The notes: a model not told the origin generated them from the letters alone. DNA of 64,000 nt from an uncultured Pseudomonadota bacterium (GCA_902784345.1 CACZUD010000002.1:158183-222182); one strand, 5' to 3'; positions 32,176-42,139 are shown, numbered from the stretch's first letter. Made by a program: numbers and translations.

Positions 32176-32544
32176 ATGGCAAGAGTAAAACGCGGAACAA
32201 CCGTTAAACAAAAACATAACAAGATACTTGATCGTGCCAAAGGTTATTTGGGACGTCATCATTCAACTTATCGTGCTGCACGTGAAAAAACCGAAAAAGC
32301 TGGACAATATGCATATCGCGATCGTCGTCAAAAGAAACGTGATTTTCGTTCACTTTGGATTGTTCGTATCAATGCTGCGGTTCGTGGCAACGGTTTGACA
32401 TACAGCCAATTCATGAATGGTTTAAAGAAAGCTGGTATTACATTGGACCGCAAAGTTTTGGCCCAAATGGCATACGATGCTGATAAAAACTTTGATACAT
32501 TGGTTGATACAGCAAAACGATTTATTGCCGAATCTGCGAAATAA
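32176..32544 (+). CDS. rplT: 50S ribosomal protein L20
   Basis: [24 protein letters not shown]... Confidence 0.95.
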   Translation: MARVKRGTTVKQKHNKILDRAKGYLGRHHSTYRAAREKTEKAGQYAYRDRRQKKRDFRSLWIVRINAAVRGNGLTYSQFMNGLKKAGITLDRKVLAQMAYDADKNFDTLVDTAKRFIAESAK

Positions 32545-32624
32545 CGCTTTACGGCAATGGTTTTGTTTTGTTAGAATTAGGGCCGTAGAGATACGGTCTT
32601 ATTCTTTTTATAAACGGGGTAAAA

Positions 32625-33566
32625 ATGAAAGATAAAATTAAAAACGCATCATCAATCGAAGAATTGCAAGTTTTGTACAGTGATACTTTTGGTAAAAACG
32701 GTACGATGACAGCAAAATTAAAAACAATGGCAACGCTTTCCAACGAAGAACGCGCAAAAGTCAATGCTGAAAATGCGGAATTGCGCGGACTGTTCAAAGA
32801 AAAACAAACAGAATTGGAAAATGCGGCGATAAACGCTAAATTAGCGACAGAGTATGTTGATGTAACATTAGATGGTGAACAAATTGCACATGGAACGTTG
32901 CATCCGTTAACACAAAGTTTAAAAGAATTGTCTGCGATTTTGGAATCTATGGGATTTGGTCTTTGGACAGGACCAGAAATAGAAGATGATTGGCATAACT
33001 TCACGGCTTTAAATACCCCGGAATATCACCCTGCCCGCGATATGCAAGATTCTTTCTTTATGGAAAACGGAAATGTTATGCGTACACAGACCAGTTCTGT
33101 TCAAATTCGCGCAATGGAACAAGTTGGGGTTCCAATTAAAATGTTTGCAATTGGGTCTACTTATCGTAAAGAAATGGATGCGACACATTCCCCGATGTTC
33201 CACCAAATCGAAGGTTTATATATTGATAAAAATGTAACAATGTCTGATTTGATTGCAACATTGCGTACTTTATTATCAAAGTTTTTTGAACGCGATATTG
33301 AAATTCGTATTCGTCCGTCTTATTTCCCTTTCACAGAACCATCGGTTGAATTTGATATGAAATGGGGTGATAAATGGTTGGAAATGGGTGGCGCAGGTAT
33401 GGTTCATCCAAATGTTTTGAAAAGCTGCAAAATAAATCCTGACGAATACCAGGGCTTTGCGTTTGGTTTTGGTTGGGACAGAATGGCGATGTTGAAATAT
33501 GGTTTAAACGATATTCGTAAATTCTATGATGGCGATATTCGTTGGTTGAAAAACAGTGGTTTTTAA
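32625..33566 (+). CDS. pheS: phenylalanine--tRNA ligase alpha subunit
   Basis: FTALNTPEYHPARDMQDSFF, class II motifs 2/3. Confidence 0.9.
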   Translation: MKDKIKNASSIEELQVLYSDTFGKNGTMTAKLKTMATLSNEERAKVNAENAELRGLFKEKQTELENAAINAKLATEYVDVTLDGEQIAHGTLHPLTQSLKELSAILESMGFGLWTGPEIEDDWHNFTALNTPEYHPARDMQDSFFMENGNVMRTQTSSVQIRAMEQVGVPIKMFAIGSTYRKEMDATHSPMFHQIEGLYIDKNVTMSDLIATLRTLLSKFFERDIEIRIRPSYFPFTEPSVEFDMKWGDKWLEMGGAGMVHPNVLKSCKINPDEYQGFAFGFGWDRMAMLKYGLNDIRKFYDGDIRWLKNSGF

Positions 33567-33581
33567 TAAAGGGGTAATAAA

Positions 33582-35900
33582 ATGAAATGGTCATATGAAT
33601 GGTTAAAACAATATCTTGATACAAAATTATCCCCGGAAGAAATTGCCGATAAATTAAATGGGCTTGGACTGGAAGTTGAAGATTTAGAAACACCTGTTTT
33701 ACCAATTGCGGCAAAAATAGTCGAATGCAAAGAACACGAAAATTCTGACCACTTGCACGTATTAAAAGTGGATGACGGTTCTGGCACTTTGCGTCAGGTT
33801 GTTTGTGGCGCACCAAATGTGCGTGTTGGCTTGCTTTCTGCACTGGCTGTTCCTGGTTGCAAGATCGGTGATTTTGTAATTGAATCTGGAAAAATACGCG
33901 GTGTTTTGTCAGACGGTATGATGTGCAGTGCAAAAGAATTGGGTATCGGTGATGATCACAGCGGAATTATCGAATTAGATGAAAAAAAAGAAAAAATTGG
34001 ACAACCAATTTCCGCGCTGGCAGGGGCTGCTTCTGCGATTTTTGAAACTTCTATTACACCAAATCGCCCAGATTATTTATCTTTGCGTGGGATTGCGCTG
34101 GATTTAAGTGCGGCGGATGCTGGTAAATATATCGAAAACAAAATCGATTTATTAAAACCAGTCAAAGGCGACAGAAAAATAAATCTGTTGGCAAAAGATG
34201 CTTGTCCAACTTATCGTTTTTGCGAAATTCATGGCATTAAAAACGCACCGTCAAATAAGCAAATACAAAATTGTTTGCGCAGCGGGGGTATAAATCCAAA
34301 GAATGCACCGATCGATGCTACGAATTATATTTGTTATGATTTGGCGCAACCAATGCATTGTTTTGATGCAGATGAAATTGTTGGTGATATAACAGTGCGC
34401 ATGGCTAAAAATGGTGAAAAGTTCACAGACCTGTTTGGAAACGAACACGAATTGTGCGATAAAGATTTGGTTATTACTGATGATGCAGGTATTTTGGCGT
34501 TGGCCGGTGTTGTCGGTGGTGCAAGGGGTATGACTACAGACAAAACTAAAAACATCATTTTAGAATCTGCGTATTTTAATCCGGTGTCTGTTCGTAAATC
34601 GTCCAAAAGAATCGGATTATCAACAGATTCTTCGTATCGCTATGAACGTGGTATAAATCCAGACGGAACGTTAAACGCTTTGTCATTGGCGGCAAAAATA
34701 ATAATGGATGCTTGCGGTGGCAAAATTGTAAATGTTGATTGCGCTGGTCGTGCGTCCTATACGCCAGAATCTGTGGTGTACAGCCCGTTATTATTTGAAA
34801 AAAAGACAGGTTTAAAATTGGATGAAAAAACACAAAAAGATATTTTGAAAAAATTGCACTTTGATGTAACTGTCAAAGGCAAAGATTGGATTATCACACC
34901 AAACCCACAAAGAACAGATGTTGTTATACCTGAAAATATAGTTTCTGAATTGGTTCGTATTTATGGATATGAAAAAATTGGATTACAAGATTTATCAGAA
35001 AACACAATGAAAGCTGTTCATAATGATATGAATTTGTCGTTGAAAGAAAAACTGGTAAATCGTGGATTAAATGAAAGTATCAGTTTTGGTTTTGGTAATT
35101 CCAAAGTTGAAAAAATTTTAACAGATAAACCAATTGTTAAAATATCAAATCCTATCGTTGTTGATTTGGATACGGCACGAAATAATTTGCTGGAAAATTT
35201 ATTGTTGGCGGTGTCTAATAATGAAAAACGCGGTTTTTCTGATTTAAATATGTTTGAAATTGGTACAGTGTTTGACGGAAGTAATCCTGGCGAACAGCAT
35301 ACTTCATTATGCATAGTGCGCAGTGGCGAAACATCACCAAAGCATTGGCAAAAACGCAATCGCAGTGTTGATGTGTTTGATGTTAAATCTGATTTAATAT
35401 CTTTGCTTGGCGCGCAAAAATATACAATAGATACAACAAACGCACCAAAATGGGTGCATCCGTATGTATACGGCAAAATTGTTCAAGGTAAAAAAGTTTT
35501 GGGCGAATTTGGTCAACTGCATCCAAGTATTGCAAAACAATTACATATAAAAACAAAAGTATTTGTTGCGTGGATAGAAAACATTGAAGATTTACCAAAA
35601 AATCCGAAAAGTAAAAAAACGCCAATCACTGAATTTATGCCAATTACACGTGATTTTGCTTTTGTGGTAGATTCTAAATTTGAATCGCAAAAAATCGTTG
35701 CGACAGCACAGTCGGCAGATTCAAGTATTGATAATGTTGTTGTGTTTGATGCTTTTGATATGGGGAACGGTCAAAAATCAATAGCATTCACAATTACAAT
35801 TTATCCAGACCACAATATGTCCGATAAAGAGTTGGCAGAAATACAAGACAAAGTGATTAAGAATATAGAGAAAAAATGCAGTGCGAAATTGCGCGCATAA
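33582..35900 (+). CDS. pheT: phenylalanine--tRNA ligase beta subunit
   Basis: 772 aa; tRNA-binding N-domain VVCGAPNV, B3/B4, FDAD anticodon-binding C-domain. Confidence 0.9.
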   Translation: MKWSYEWLKQYLDTKLSPEEIADKLNGLGLEVEDLETPVLPIAAKIVECKEHENSDHLHVLKVDDGSGTLRQVVCGAPNVRVGLLSALAVPGCKIGDFVIESGKIRGVLSDGMMCSAKELGIGDDHSGIIELDEKKEKIGQPISALAGAASAIFETSITPNRPDYLSLRGIALDLSAADAGKYIENKIDLLKPVKGDRKINLLAKDACPTYRFCEIHGIKNAPSNKQIQNCLRSGGINPKNAPIDATNYICYDLAQPMHCFDADEIVGDITVRMAKNGEKFTDLFGNEHELCDKDLVITDDAGILALAGVVGGARGMTTDKTKNIILESAYFNPVSVRKSSKRIGLSTDSSYRYERGINPDGTLNALSLAAKIIMDACGGKIVNVDCAGRASYTPESVVYSPLLFEKKTGLKLDEKTQKDILKKLHFDVTVKGKDWIITPNPQRTDVVIPENIVSELVRIYGYEKIGLQDLSENTMKAVHNDMNLSLKEKLVNRGLNESISFGFGNSKVEKILTDKPIVKISNPIVVDLDTARNNLLENLLLAVSNNEKRGFSDLNMFEIGTVFDGSNPGEQHTSLCIVRSGETSPKHWQKRNRSVDVFDVKSDLISLLGAQKYTIDTTNAPKWVHPYVYGKIVQGKKVLGEFGQLHPSIAKQLHIKTKVFVAWIENIEDLPKNPKSKKTPITEFMPITRDFAFVVDSKFESQKIVATAQSADSSIDNVVVFDAFDMGNGQKSIAFTITIYPDHNMSDKELAEIQDKVIKNIEKKCSAKLRA

Positions 35901-35903
35901 TTA

Positions 35904-35937
35904 GAAAAAAACACCGGCATTTGCCGGTGTTTTTTTA
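35904..35937. terminator. bidirectional intrinsic terminator A7-caccggcatttgccggtg-T7
   Basis: Perfect 7-bp GC stem flanked by A- and T-runs between convergent genes. Confidence 0.7.
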
Positions 35938-36306
35938 TCTTTGTTTTCCAAATGTATATGATGGTGAATTAGAAGTATATTCATACGCGTCAATTATATC
36001 TTGGGCATCTTTACCATAAAAAACAGTGCTTCCAAATTTATGTGTTGATACCAAAACACCGCTGCCTTTGACCAATTTATTATGGTGTTCGCATCCTGGT
36101 AATCCCATTTTTTTTGCGTCTTCGAATGCTTCTACAAACCATTTGTTGTAAAGTATTTCTAAACCGTTTGCTTGATATTCGTATGACTTAACAACGGAAA
36201 CACCAACTGGTGCATATTTTTTGTTTTCAGTAATTAAACAAGACACACCAGGTGTTGCGGCAAAATAAACAGCCAGTTCTTTAATTTTATCGCGTTTGTT
36301 AAACAT
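35935..36306 (-). CDS. hypothetical protein (123 aa)
   Basis: Clean ORF, normal composition; no family recognised. Confidence 0.4.
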   Translation of the reverse strand: MFNKRDKIKELAVYFAATPGVSCLITENKKYAPVGVSVVKSYEYQANGLEILYNKWFVEAFEDAKKMGLPGCEHHNKLVKGSGVLVSTHKFGSTVFYGKDAQDIIDAYEYTSNSPSYTFGKQR

Positions 36307-36486
36307 CTATAAAACTCTTTTGTTTTATGTATTATTTAACAATAAAAAAATTTGTCAACAAAAATAAAAGAGTTTTATAAAAATTATACATTACTTGATT
36401 TTTTATCATATTCATTGTATAAATAAGGACATGAAAACAAACACAATAATTATTATTAAATAAAAGGCACTGCGCTTTGGCGGTGG

Positions 36487-36511
36487 CCGGGGCGCATAGG
36501 CGCCCTTTTTT
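36487..36511 (+). terminator. GC-rich hairpin (gggcgc-atag-gcgccc) + T6 immediately upstream of ileS start: possible leader attenuator
   Basis: Only GC-rich stretch in a ~220-bp AT-rich leader; ends 18 nt before the ileS ATG. Confidence 0.4.
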
Positions 36512-36529
36512 AATGCAAAAGGCAACAAG

Positions 36530-39500
36530 ATGACATACAAAAAGACCGAACCAAAAGCGAACTTTTCTGAAATTGAACATGATGTTCTTGGTTTTTGGCA
36601 TGAAGACGATACTTTTCATAAATCTTTGAATAAAACCAAAATGGGCGAACCTTTTAATTTTTATGATGGACCACCTTTTGGAAATGGACTGCCACATTGG
36701 GGACATTTGGGGGTGTCTGCAATTAAAGACATGGTTTCGCGTTATCAAACAATGCGTGGAAAATATGTTGTTCGCGAATTGGGTTGGGATTGTCATGGAC
36801 TTCCTGCGGAAAACAGCGTTGAAAAAGCACAGGGAAAATCTGCAAAAGATATTGTTGCAGATAGTGGTATGGCGGCATTTTGTGATATGTGTCGTGCCGA
36901 TGTAACGCGCTATACAAATGAATGGTTGCGTTTTATTGCCAGAATTGGTCGTTGGGTTGATGGTGGCGATAATTTTGGTTATCGCACTATGGATAAAAAC
37001 TATATGGAATCTGTGATTTGGGCGATGAAAGAATTGTACAAGAAAGGCCTGCTTTACAAAGATTTCAAGGTTAATCCTTTTGATTGGAAACTGGGTACGG
37101 TTTTATCAAACAGTGAAGCATCAAGTGAATACCAAGATGTTGTCGATGATACTGTGACAGTATGGTTTGAATTGGAAAACGGTGATCGTGCTATTGCATG
37201 GACAACAACACCATGGACATTACCGGCAAATTCCGCATTGGCTGTAAACCCGAATATGGAATATGTTCGTATGCGTCATAACGATGGGCATGTATATGTT
37301 TTGGCTGCGTCGCGCCTTAAAGCATATGAAAAAATCTTTTCAGAATCTGAAAATTTGGGAACTGTAAATGGTAAAGATTTGGTTGGTCTGCATTATAAAC
37401 CAATATTTGATTACTATGAAAACAGCGACCCGTTATTGCACCAAATAATCGCGGCAGATTATGTAAGTGATGGCGATGGTACAGGTATTGTTCATATTGC
37501 ACCTGCGTATGGCGAAGACGATTATCTTGCCGCAAAAGCAGTTGATGCAAAATTCCCGGTAATTTTAAACGTTGATGATTATGGTAATTTTGATTCAACT
37601 GTTAAAGATTGGGCGGGTATGAATATATTTGATGCCAACCCAAAGATTATCGATTGGTTAAAAACAAATGGAATCTTGGTTAAAAAAGACCAACATAAAC
37701 ACAGTTATCCATATGGTCCACGCAGTAAAGAAAAATTAATCTATCGTGCAACAGATGCGTGGTATATCGATGTCCCAAAAATTCGTGAACGCTTGGTTGA
37801 AATAACTAAAAACGAAACAACCTGGACAAGTGCCGGTAATCGCTTTATGGCATGGATTGAAAATGCGCGCCCATGGGGTATTTCCAGAAACAGATTCTGG
37901 GGCGTTCCATTACCAATTTGGGAAAAAGACGGCGAATATAAAATATTTGGTTCAATTAAAGAATTGGAAGATTTCTTTGGTGTAAAAATCGATGATTTGC
38001 ATCGACCAACATTGGATGCGCTGACCAAAGACGGCTGGCATCGTATAAGTGATGTTTTGGATTGCTGGTTTGAATCTGGTTCTATGCCATTTGCACAATT
38101 GCATTACCCATTTGAAAACAAAGATAAATTCGAAAAGAATTTTCCGGCTGATTATATTATCGAAGGTCAAGACCAGACACGCGGTTGGTTTTATTCTTTA
38201 ATGATAATGGCGGTTGCATTGTTTGATAAACCTGCGTTTAAAACAGTGTCTGCGAACGGTATGATTTTAGATGAACAAAAACGTAAGTTTTCAAAATCTT
38301 TGCATAACTATGTTGACCCAAGTGAACAACTGGAAACATACGGTGCAGACGCAATTCGTTTGTTTATCCAAGGCAGCAATTTTATGAAAGCCGAAGGCGT
38401 TGGTGTTGATAAAGAAGGTGTTGTATTTAACGATTCTATCAAAACAATTTTGACACCGCTTTGGAATGCGTATCACTTCTTTACACTTTATGCGAACGCC
38501 GGAAATATCACTGTTGAAAACAAACCAAGTTCCGATAATTTGTTGGATAAATATATCCTTGCTGAATTAAACGAATTGGTTAAAACAACAACAAGTGCAC
38601 TGGACGAATATAAACCAGATATCGCAGTTAAAGAATTTGTAAGATTCCTTGATATTCTGAATAACTGGTATATCCGTCGTAATCGCGACAGATTCTGGGA
38701 CGAAGATGTAAGTGCATTTGAAACATTGCATTATGTATTGGTAACATTTGCAAAGTGCCTTGCCCCATTCGCACCATTTATCAGTGAATATATATTCAAG
38801 AATTTAACAGGCGCAGAATCTGTACATTTACAAGATTGGCCTGTTGCCGGCGATACAGATGAAAAAATCTTGGCAGATATGCGTCGCGTTCAAATGATTG
38901 TATCGACCGGAAAACAGTTGCGCGAACAATATAAATTGCGTAATCGTTTGCCACTGAGCGATGCCACAATCGCAGGCATTGAAATGTACGATTATGCAGA
39001 TATTATTGCAGATGAATTAAATGTTAAATCTGTTAAATTCGTTGATGATATAAATGCTGTTGCAGACAGTTTTGTTTATCTGATTACACCTAAAATTGGT
39101 GCACGTCTTGGCGGTGCATTGAAAGACATTATCCCAGCGGTCAAACGTGGCGATTACACTGTTGATGGTGATAAATTGGTTGTTGACGAATATACATTAC
39201 AGCCGGATGAATTTGAAAACCGTTTAACCGTAAAAGACGGTGTATCTGGCGCGGCTTTGCCAGATAATACTGCGGTTGTTGTACTGAATACAGAAATGAA
39301 CAGTGAATTAATAGCCGAAGGTTTGGTGAACGATGCTTTGCGCTTTATACAAGATTCACGCAAAGCGGCGAATTTGGACGTTTCAGACAGAATCAAATTA
39401 ACCTATACGGCAGATGTCGCGCTTTCTAACGCAATAGAGGCGCATAAAAAACGTATTATGCACGATGCTTTGATTGTAGAAATGGAAATGGGCGACGCCA

Positions 39501-39559
39501 ACCAATTCGAAAAACAAATCGAAGATTACAATCTTGCAATCGATATCGAAAAGGCATAA
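36530..39559 (+). CDS. ileS: isoleucine--tRNA ligase, type 2 (eukaryote-like)
   Basis: 1009 aa; PPFGNGLPHWGHL (type-2 HYGH variant), KFSKS. Confidence 0.93.
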   Translation: MTYKKTEPKANFSEIEHDVLGFWHEDDTFHKSLNKTKMGEPFNFYDGPPFGNGLPHWGHLGVSAIKDMVSRYQTMRGKYVVRELGWDCHGLPAENSVEKAQGKSAKDIVADSGMAAFCDMCRADVTRYTNEWLRFIARIGRWVDGGDNFGYRTMDKNYMESVIWAMKELYKKGLLYKDFKVNPFDWKLGTVLSNSEASSEYQDVVDDTVTVWFELENGDRAIAWTTTPWTLPANSALAVNPNMEYVRMRHNDGHVYVLAASRLKAYEKIFSESENLGTVNGKDLVGLHYKPIFDYYENSDPLLHQIIAADYVSDGDGTGIVHIAPAYGEDDYLAAKAVDAKFPVILNVDDYGNFDSTVKDWAGMNIFDANPKIIDWLKTNGILVKKDQHKHSYPYGPRSKEKLIYRATDAWYIDVPKIRERLVEITKNETTWTSAGNRFMAWIENARPWGISRNRFWGVPLPIWEKDGEYKIFGSIKELEDFFGVKIDDLHRPTLDALTKDGWHRISDVLDCWFESGSMPFAQLHYPFENKDKFEKNFPADYIIEGQDQTRGWFYSLMIMAVALFDKPAFKTVSANGMILDEQKRKFSKSLHNYVDPSEQLETYGADAIRLFIQGSNFMKAEGVGVDKEGVVFNDSIKTILTPLWNAYHFFTLYANAGNITVENKPSSDNLLDKYILAELNELVKTTTSALDEYKPDIAVKEFVRFLDILNNWYIRRNRDRFWDEDVSAFETLHYVLVTFAKCLAPFAPFISEYIFKNLTGAESVHLQDWPVAGDTDEKILADMRRVQMIVSTGKQLREQYKLRNRLPLSDATIAGIEMYDYADIIADELNVKSVKFVDDINAVADSFVYLITPKIGARLGGALKDIIPAVKRGDYTVDGDKLVVDEYTLQPDEFENRLTVKDGVSGAALPDNTAVVVLNTEMNSELIAEGLVNDALRFIQDSRKAANLDVSDRIKLTYTADVALSNAIEAHKKRIMHDALIVEMEMGDANQFEKQIEDYNLAIDIEKA

Positions 39560-40237
39560 ATGGCAAAGTCGAAAATAACTCTTACACCGGATATTTATTT
39601 TGCAAATGTGTGTCCCACATTAAATATGAATATCCGGTCTGAATTGTATTCGACTAATGAATTTACTTTTGCAGTGGCGGTGATTTTATCGGCGCAGGCC
39701 ACTGATAAAAAAGTTAACGAAGTAACCCCAGAACTTTTCAAGATTGCCCCAACACCAGATAAAATGTTGAAACTGGGCTTGGACGGATTAAAAAAACATA
39801 TACGTGTTATATCTTTCTTTAATAACAAAGCAGATAACATAATAAAATTATCAACACAATTAAAAGATAAAAACAGTGACGATATAAATTATAAATTTCC
39901 AAAGAAATACCATAATCGCGTTGAGTTAATGAAACTGGCAGGTGTCGGTCAAAAAACAGCGAACGTGATAATGAATGTACTTTGGAACGCCCCAAATATC
40001 GGGGTTGATACACATGTTTTTCGTAATGCACATCGGTATGGTTGGGTTGGCATGGCAGAAAACACACCTGAAAAAGTCGAAGAAAAACTGTTAAAAATAA
40101 TCCCACAAAAATATCATGCGATTGTAAATCATGTAATGGTTTTGCATGGACGATATACTTGCAAGGCGCTTCGTCCAGACTGTGAACATTGTCCGGTCGC
40201 AAAATGGTGTAATGCATCAGAGAAAAACATACTATAA
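39560..40237 (+). CDS. nth: endonuclease III
   Basis: LSAQATDKKVNEVTPELF, HhH LAGVGQKTANVIM, VDTHVFRNAHRYG, 4Fe-4S C-x6-C-x2-C-x5-C. Confidence 0.9.
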   Translation: MAKSKITLTPDIYFANVCPTLNMNIRSELYSTNEFTFAVAVILSAQATDKKVNEVTPELFKIAPTPDKMLKLGLDGLKKHIRVISFFNNKADNIIKLSTQLKDKNSDDINYKFPKKYHNRVELMKLAGVGQKTANVIMNVLWNAPNIGVDTHVFRNAHRYGWVGMAENTPEKVEEKLLKIIPQKYHAIVNHVMVLHGRYTCKALRPDCEHCPVAKWCNASEKNIL

Positions 40238-40268
40238 ATTATCGGCTTTTTATGATAAAATATATGGC

Positions 40269-41159
40269 ATGAAAATGATAAAAATATTATTTTTTTTGCC
40301 GTTATTTTTTACATCAATATCGTACGCTGCTGACACGTGTGAGTATGAATATGTTGTTAGTGATTTACGACAAAATTGCACAGGGATAAATGCAGAATTA
40401 CAGGAAATAAAAACTTACGGGACAGTTAACACAATTGTAACAGGCGCTGGTACTGTTGCGGCGGGTGGTGCGTTATACGCCGGTATAAAAAAGAAAGATT
40501 TGGATAAAAAAGCCGAAGAATTGGCTAAAAAAATGGAAGACATAGAAAATATGTCTGATTCTGAATTTGTATCTTTCCTTAAAGAAATGGCGCAGTATCA
40601 AGAATTAAAAGAACAATATGACGATTATGAAGCGCAATCAAAAAAACTAGGAAATGTTCGCACTGGTTTAATGGTTGGAAACACTGCAACTGCGGTTGCC
40701 GGAACGATAATTTCTGCCAAAAACAAAAAAGATTCAGATTCAATTAAAGATATGATACAAAAATGTTTGAACACAATAAAAAACAACGAACAAAAAATTG
40801 GTCAATCAATGATTGATTGCAGTCGTGAAAAATATGAAAAATTAAAAAAAGCGGCATCAGAATGTAGAAGCCTTAGCACAGAAAATATGGAAAAAGTATC
40901 AAAACACAATAAAGTATCTACAATAGTTTCTGGGGTTAATATCGGAACGGGGACCGCAGGGGTGATAACATCTGCACTTGCAAACAAAAATCAATATGAT
41001 CAAAAAACAAAAAATCTGAATACTGCGGCAAATGTGTTATCTGGTACATCTATGGTTGCTTCTGGTGTTTCGACAGTATTTAATGCAACGACATTAAAAT
41101 CTATTAACAATAATTTACGCGCATCAGAGGCATGCGAAAAGGCATTAAGTGAATTATGA
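40269..41159 (+). CDS. secreted Cys-containing protein with four Gly/Ala/Thr-rich glycine-zipper-like segments
   Basis: Signal peptide MKMIKILFFLPLFFTSISYA; segments TGAGTVAAGGALYAGI, GLMVGNTATAVAGTII, VSGVNIGTGTAGVITSALA, SGTSMVASGVSTVF separated by K/E-rich helices; 6 Cys. Start moved to the internal ATG; the ORF track start overlaps nth. Confidence 0.55.
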   Translation: MKMIKILFFLPLFFTSISYAADTCEYEYVVSDLRQNCTGINAELQEIKTYGTVNTIVTGAGTVAAGGALYAGIKKKDLDKKAEELAKKMEDIENMSDSEFVSFLKEMAQYQELKEQYDDYEAQSKKLGNVRTGLMVGNTATAVAGTIISAKNKKDSDSIKDMIQKCLNTIKNNEQKIGQSMIDCSREKYEKLKKAASECRSLSTENMEKVSKHNKVSTIVSGVNIGTGTAGVITSALANKNQYDQKTKNLNTAANVLSGTSMVASGVSTVFNATTLKSINNNLRASEACEKALSEL

Positions 41160-42088
41160 CAAAGACATTGTTTGTATTTTTATTATCTTTATTTTCATTG
41201 AACGCTTTTGCGGGATACGGTGGTTATATTGGTACACACGATAATCGCAGATATGGATCTTTGTCAGAGCCCGAATATAATGGTATGGTAAAATTAATAT
41301 CGAGAAATGTCGTAAAAGGTACTGGTGTTTTCATATCTAAAAATGTGGTTTTGACAAATAACCATTGTGTGGCTGCATGCAGAAACGGATGCGAAGCAGA
41401 ATTTTGGAATGGTTCTGAATACGAAAGATCAAATTTAACAGTACTTGAATATAATGACAAAGCAAAATTGTCTGACGGCACAGATTGGGGGTTGTTGCTA
41501 TCTGATAAAGATAGTAATTTTTATAAACAAATTGCCCCAGTATCTACGACAGGTCAGGTTCAACGTGGCGGATACGGAATTTTGCGTGTAATAGAAGACG
41601 AAGAAATACCTTTTCTAAGGGGGCTGTACACAAAAATAATAAAAGAAAATAAAGAAGAATGTGGTAAAACTTCTAATGCAGTAGAATGTTTTAATAAACT
41701 GGTTGATAAAAAATTAAAAGAATTAGGAAAGCAACAATTGTTTAAAGACGGGGATAATTTTAAAGTTCAAACTTGTAACATTGTTGGCGATTCACAAAGA
41801 AGTAATAAAATGCTTAAAACAGATTGTGATAGTTCTGGCGGAGATTCTGGTGCACCATTGTTGCGTAACAATGTAATTATTGGATTAAATAATGGCGGTA
41901 TGCAGTCGGTTTTCGGCGAAAGTATAGCCAATGCAGAGGCAATAAAAACAGAAAATTTTTATATGCCTGCCCAAATATTTATAAATAAAAATAAATATGA
42001 GAGTGCAGTAAATTTTGATCAAAAATATATTACTAATGAAAATAAAGAAGATGTTCTTGGACCCGTTAAACCAGATTCTTTGCGATAA
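41156..42088 (+). CDS. secreted trypsin-like (S1 fold) serine protease
   Basis: Signal peptide; His LTNNHCV, Asp DWGLL, Ser GDSGAPL in chymotrypsin order; ATGA overlap with upstream gene. Confidence 0.8.
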   Translation: MTKTLFVFLLSLFSLNAFAGYGGYIGTHDNRRYGSLSEPEYNGMVKLISRNVVKGTGVFISKNVVLTNNHCVAACRNGCEAEFWNGSEYERSNLTVLEYNDKAKLSDGTDWGLLLSDKDSNFYKQIAPVSTTGQVQRGGYGILRVIEDEEIPFLRGLYTKIIKENKEECGKTSNAVECFNKLVDKKLKELGKQQLFKDGDNFKVQTCNIVGDSQRSNKMLKTDCDSSGGDSGAPLLRNNVIIGLNNGGMQSVFGESIANAEAIKTENFYMPAQIFINKNKYESAVNFDQKYITNENKEDVLGPVKPDSLR

Positions 42089-42097
42089 TATAAGTTA

Positions 42098-42128
42098 TAA
42101 AAACACCGGCAAATGCCGGTGTTTTTTT
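42098..42128. terminator. bidirectional intrinsic terminator A5-caccggcaaatgccggtg-T7
   Basis: Same hairpin family as 35904-35937. Confidence 0.7.
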
Positions 42129-42139
42129 ATAATCTTTTG

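Noticed and set aside
36332-36796. 154-aa minus-strand ORF upstream of and overlapping ileS
   Set aside because: Overlaps the 5' end of the strongly supported ileS, runs through the AT-rich leader, and has a low-complexity F/N/C-rich composition with no motif. Judged spurious.
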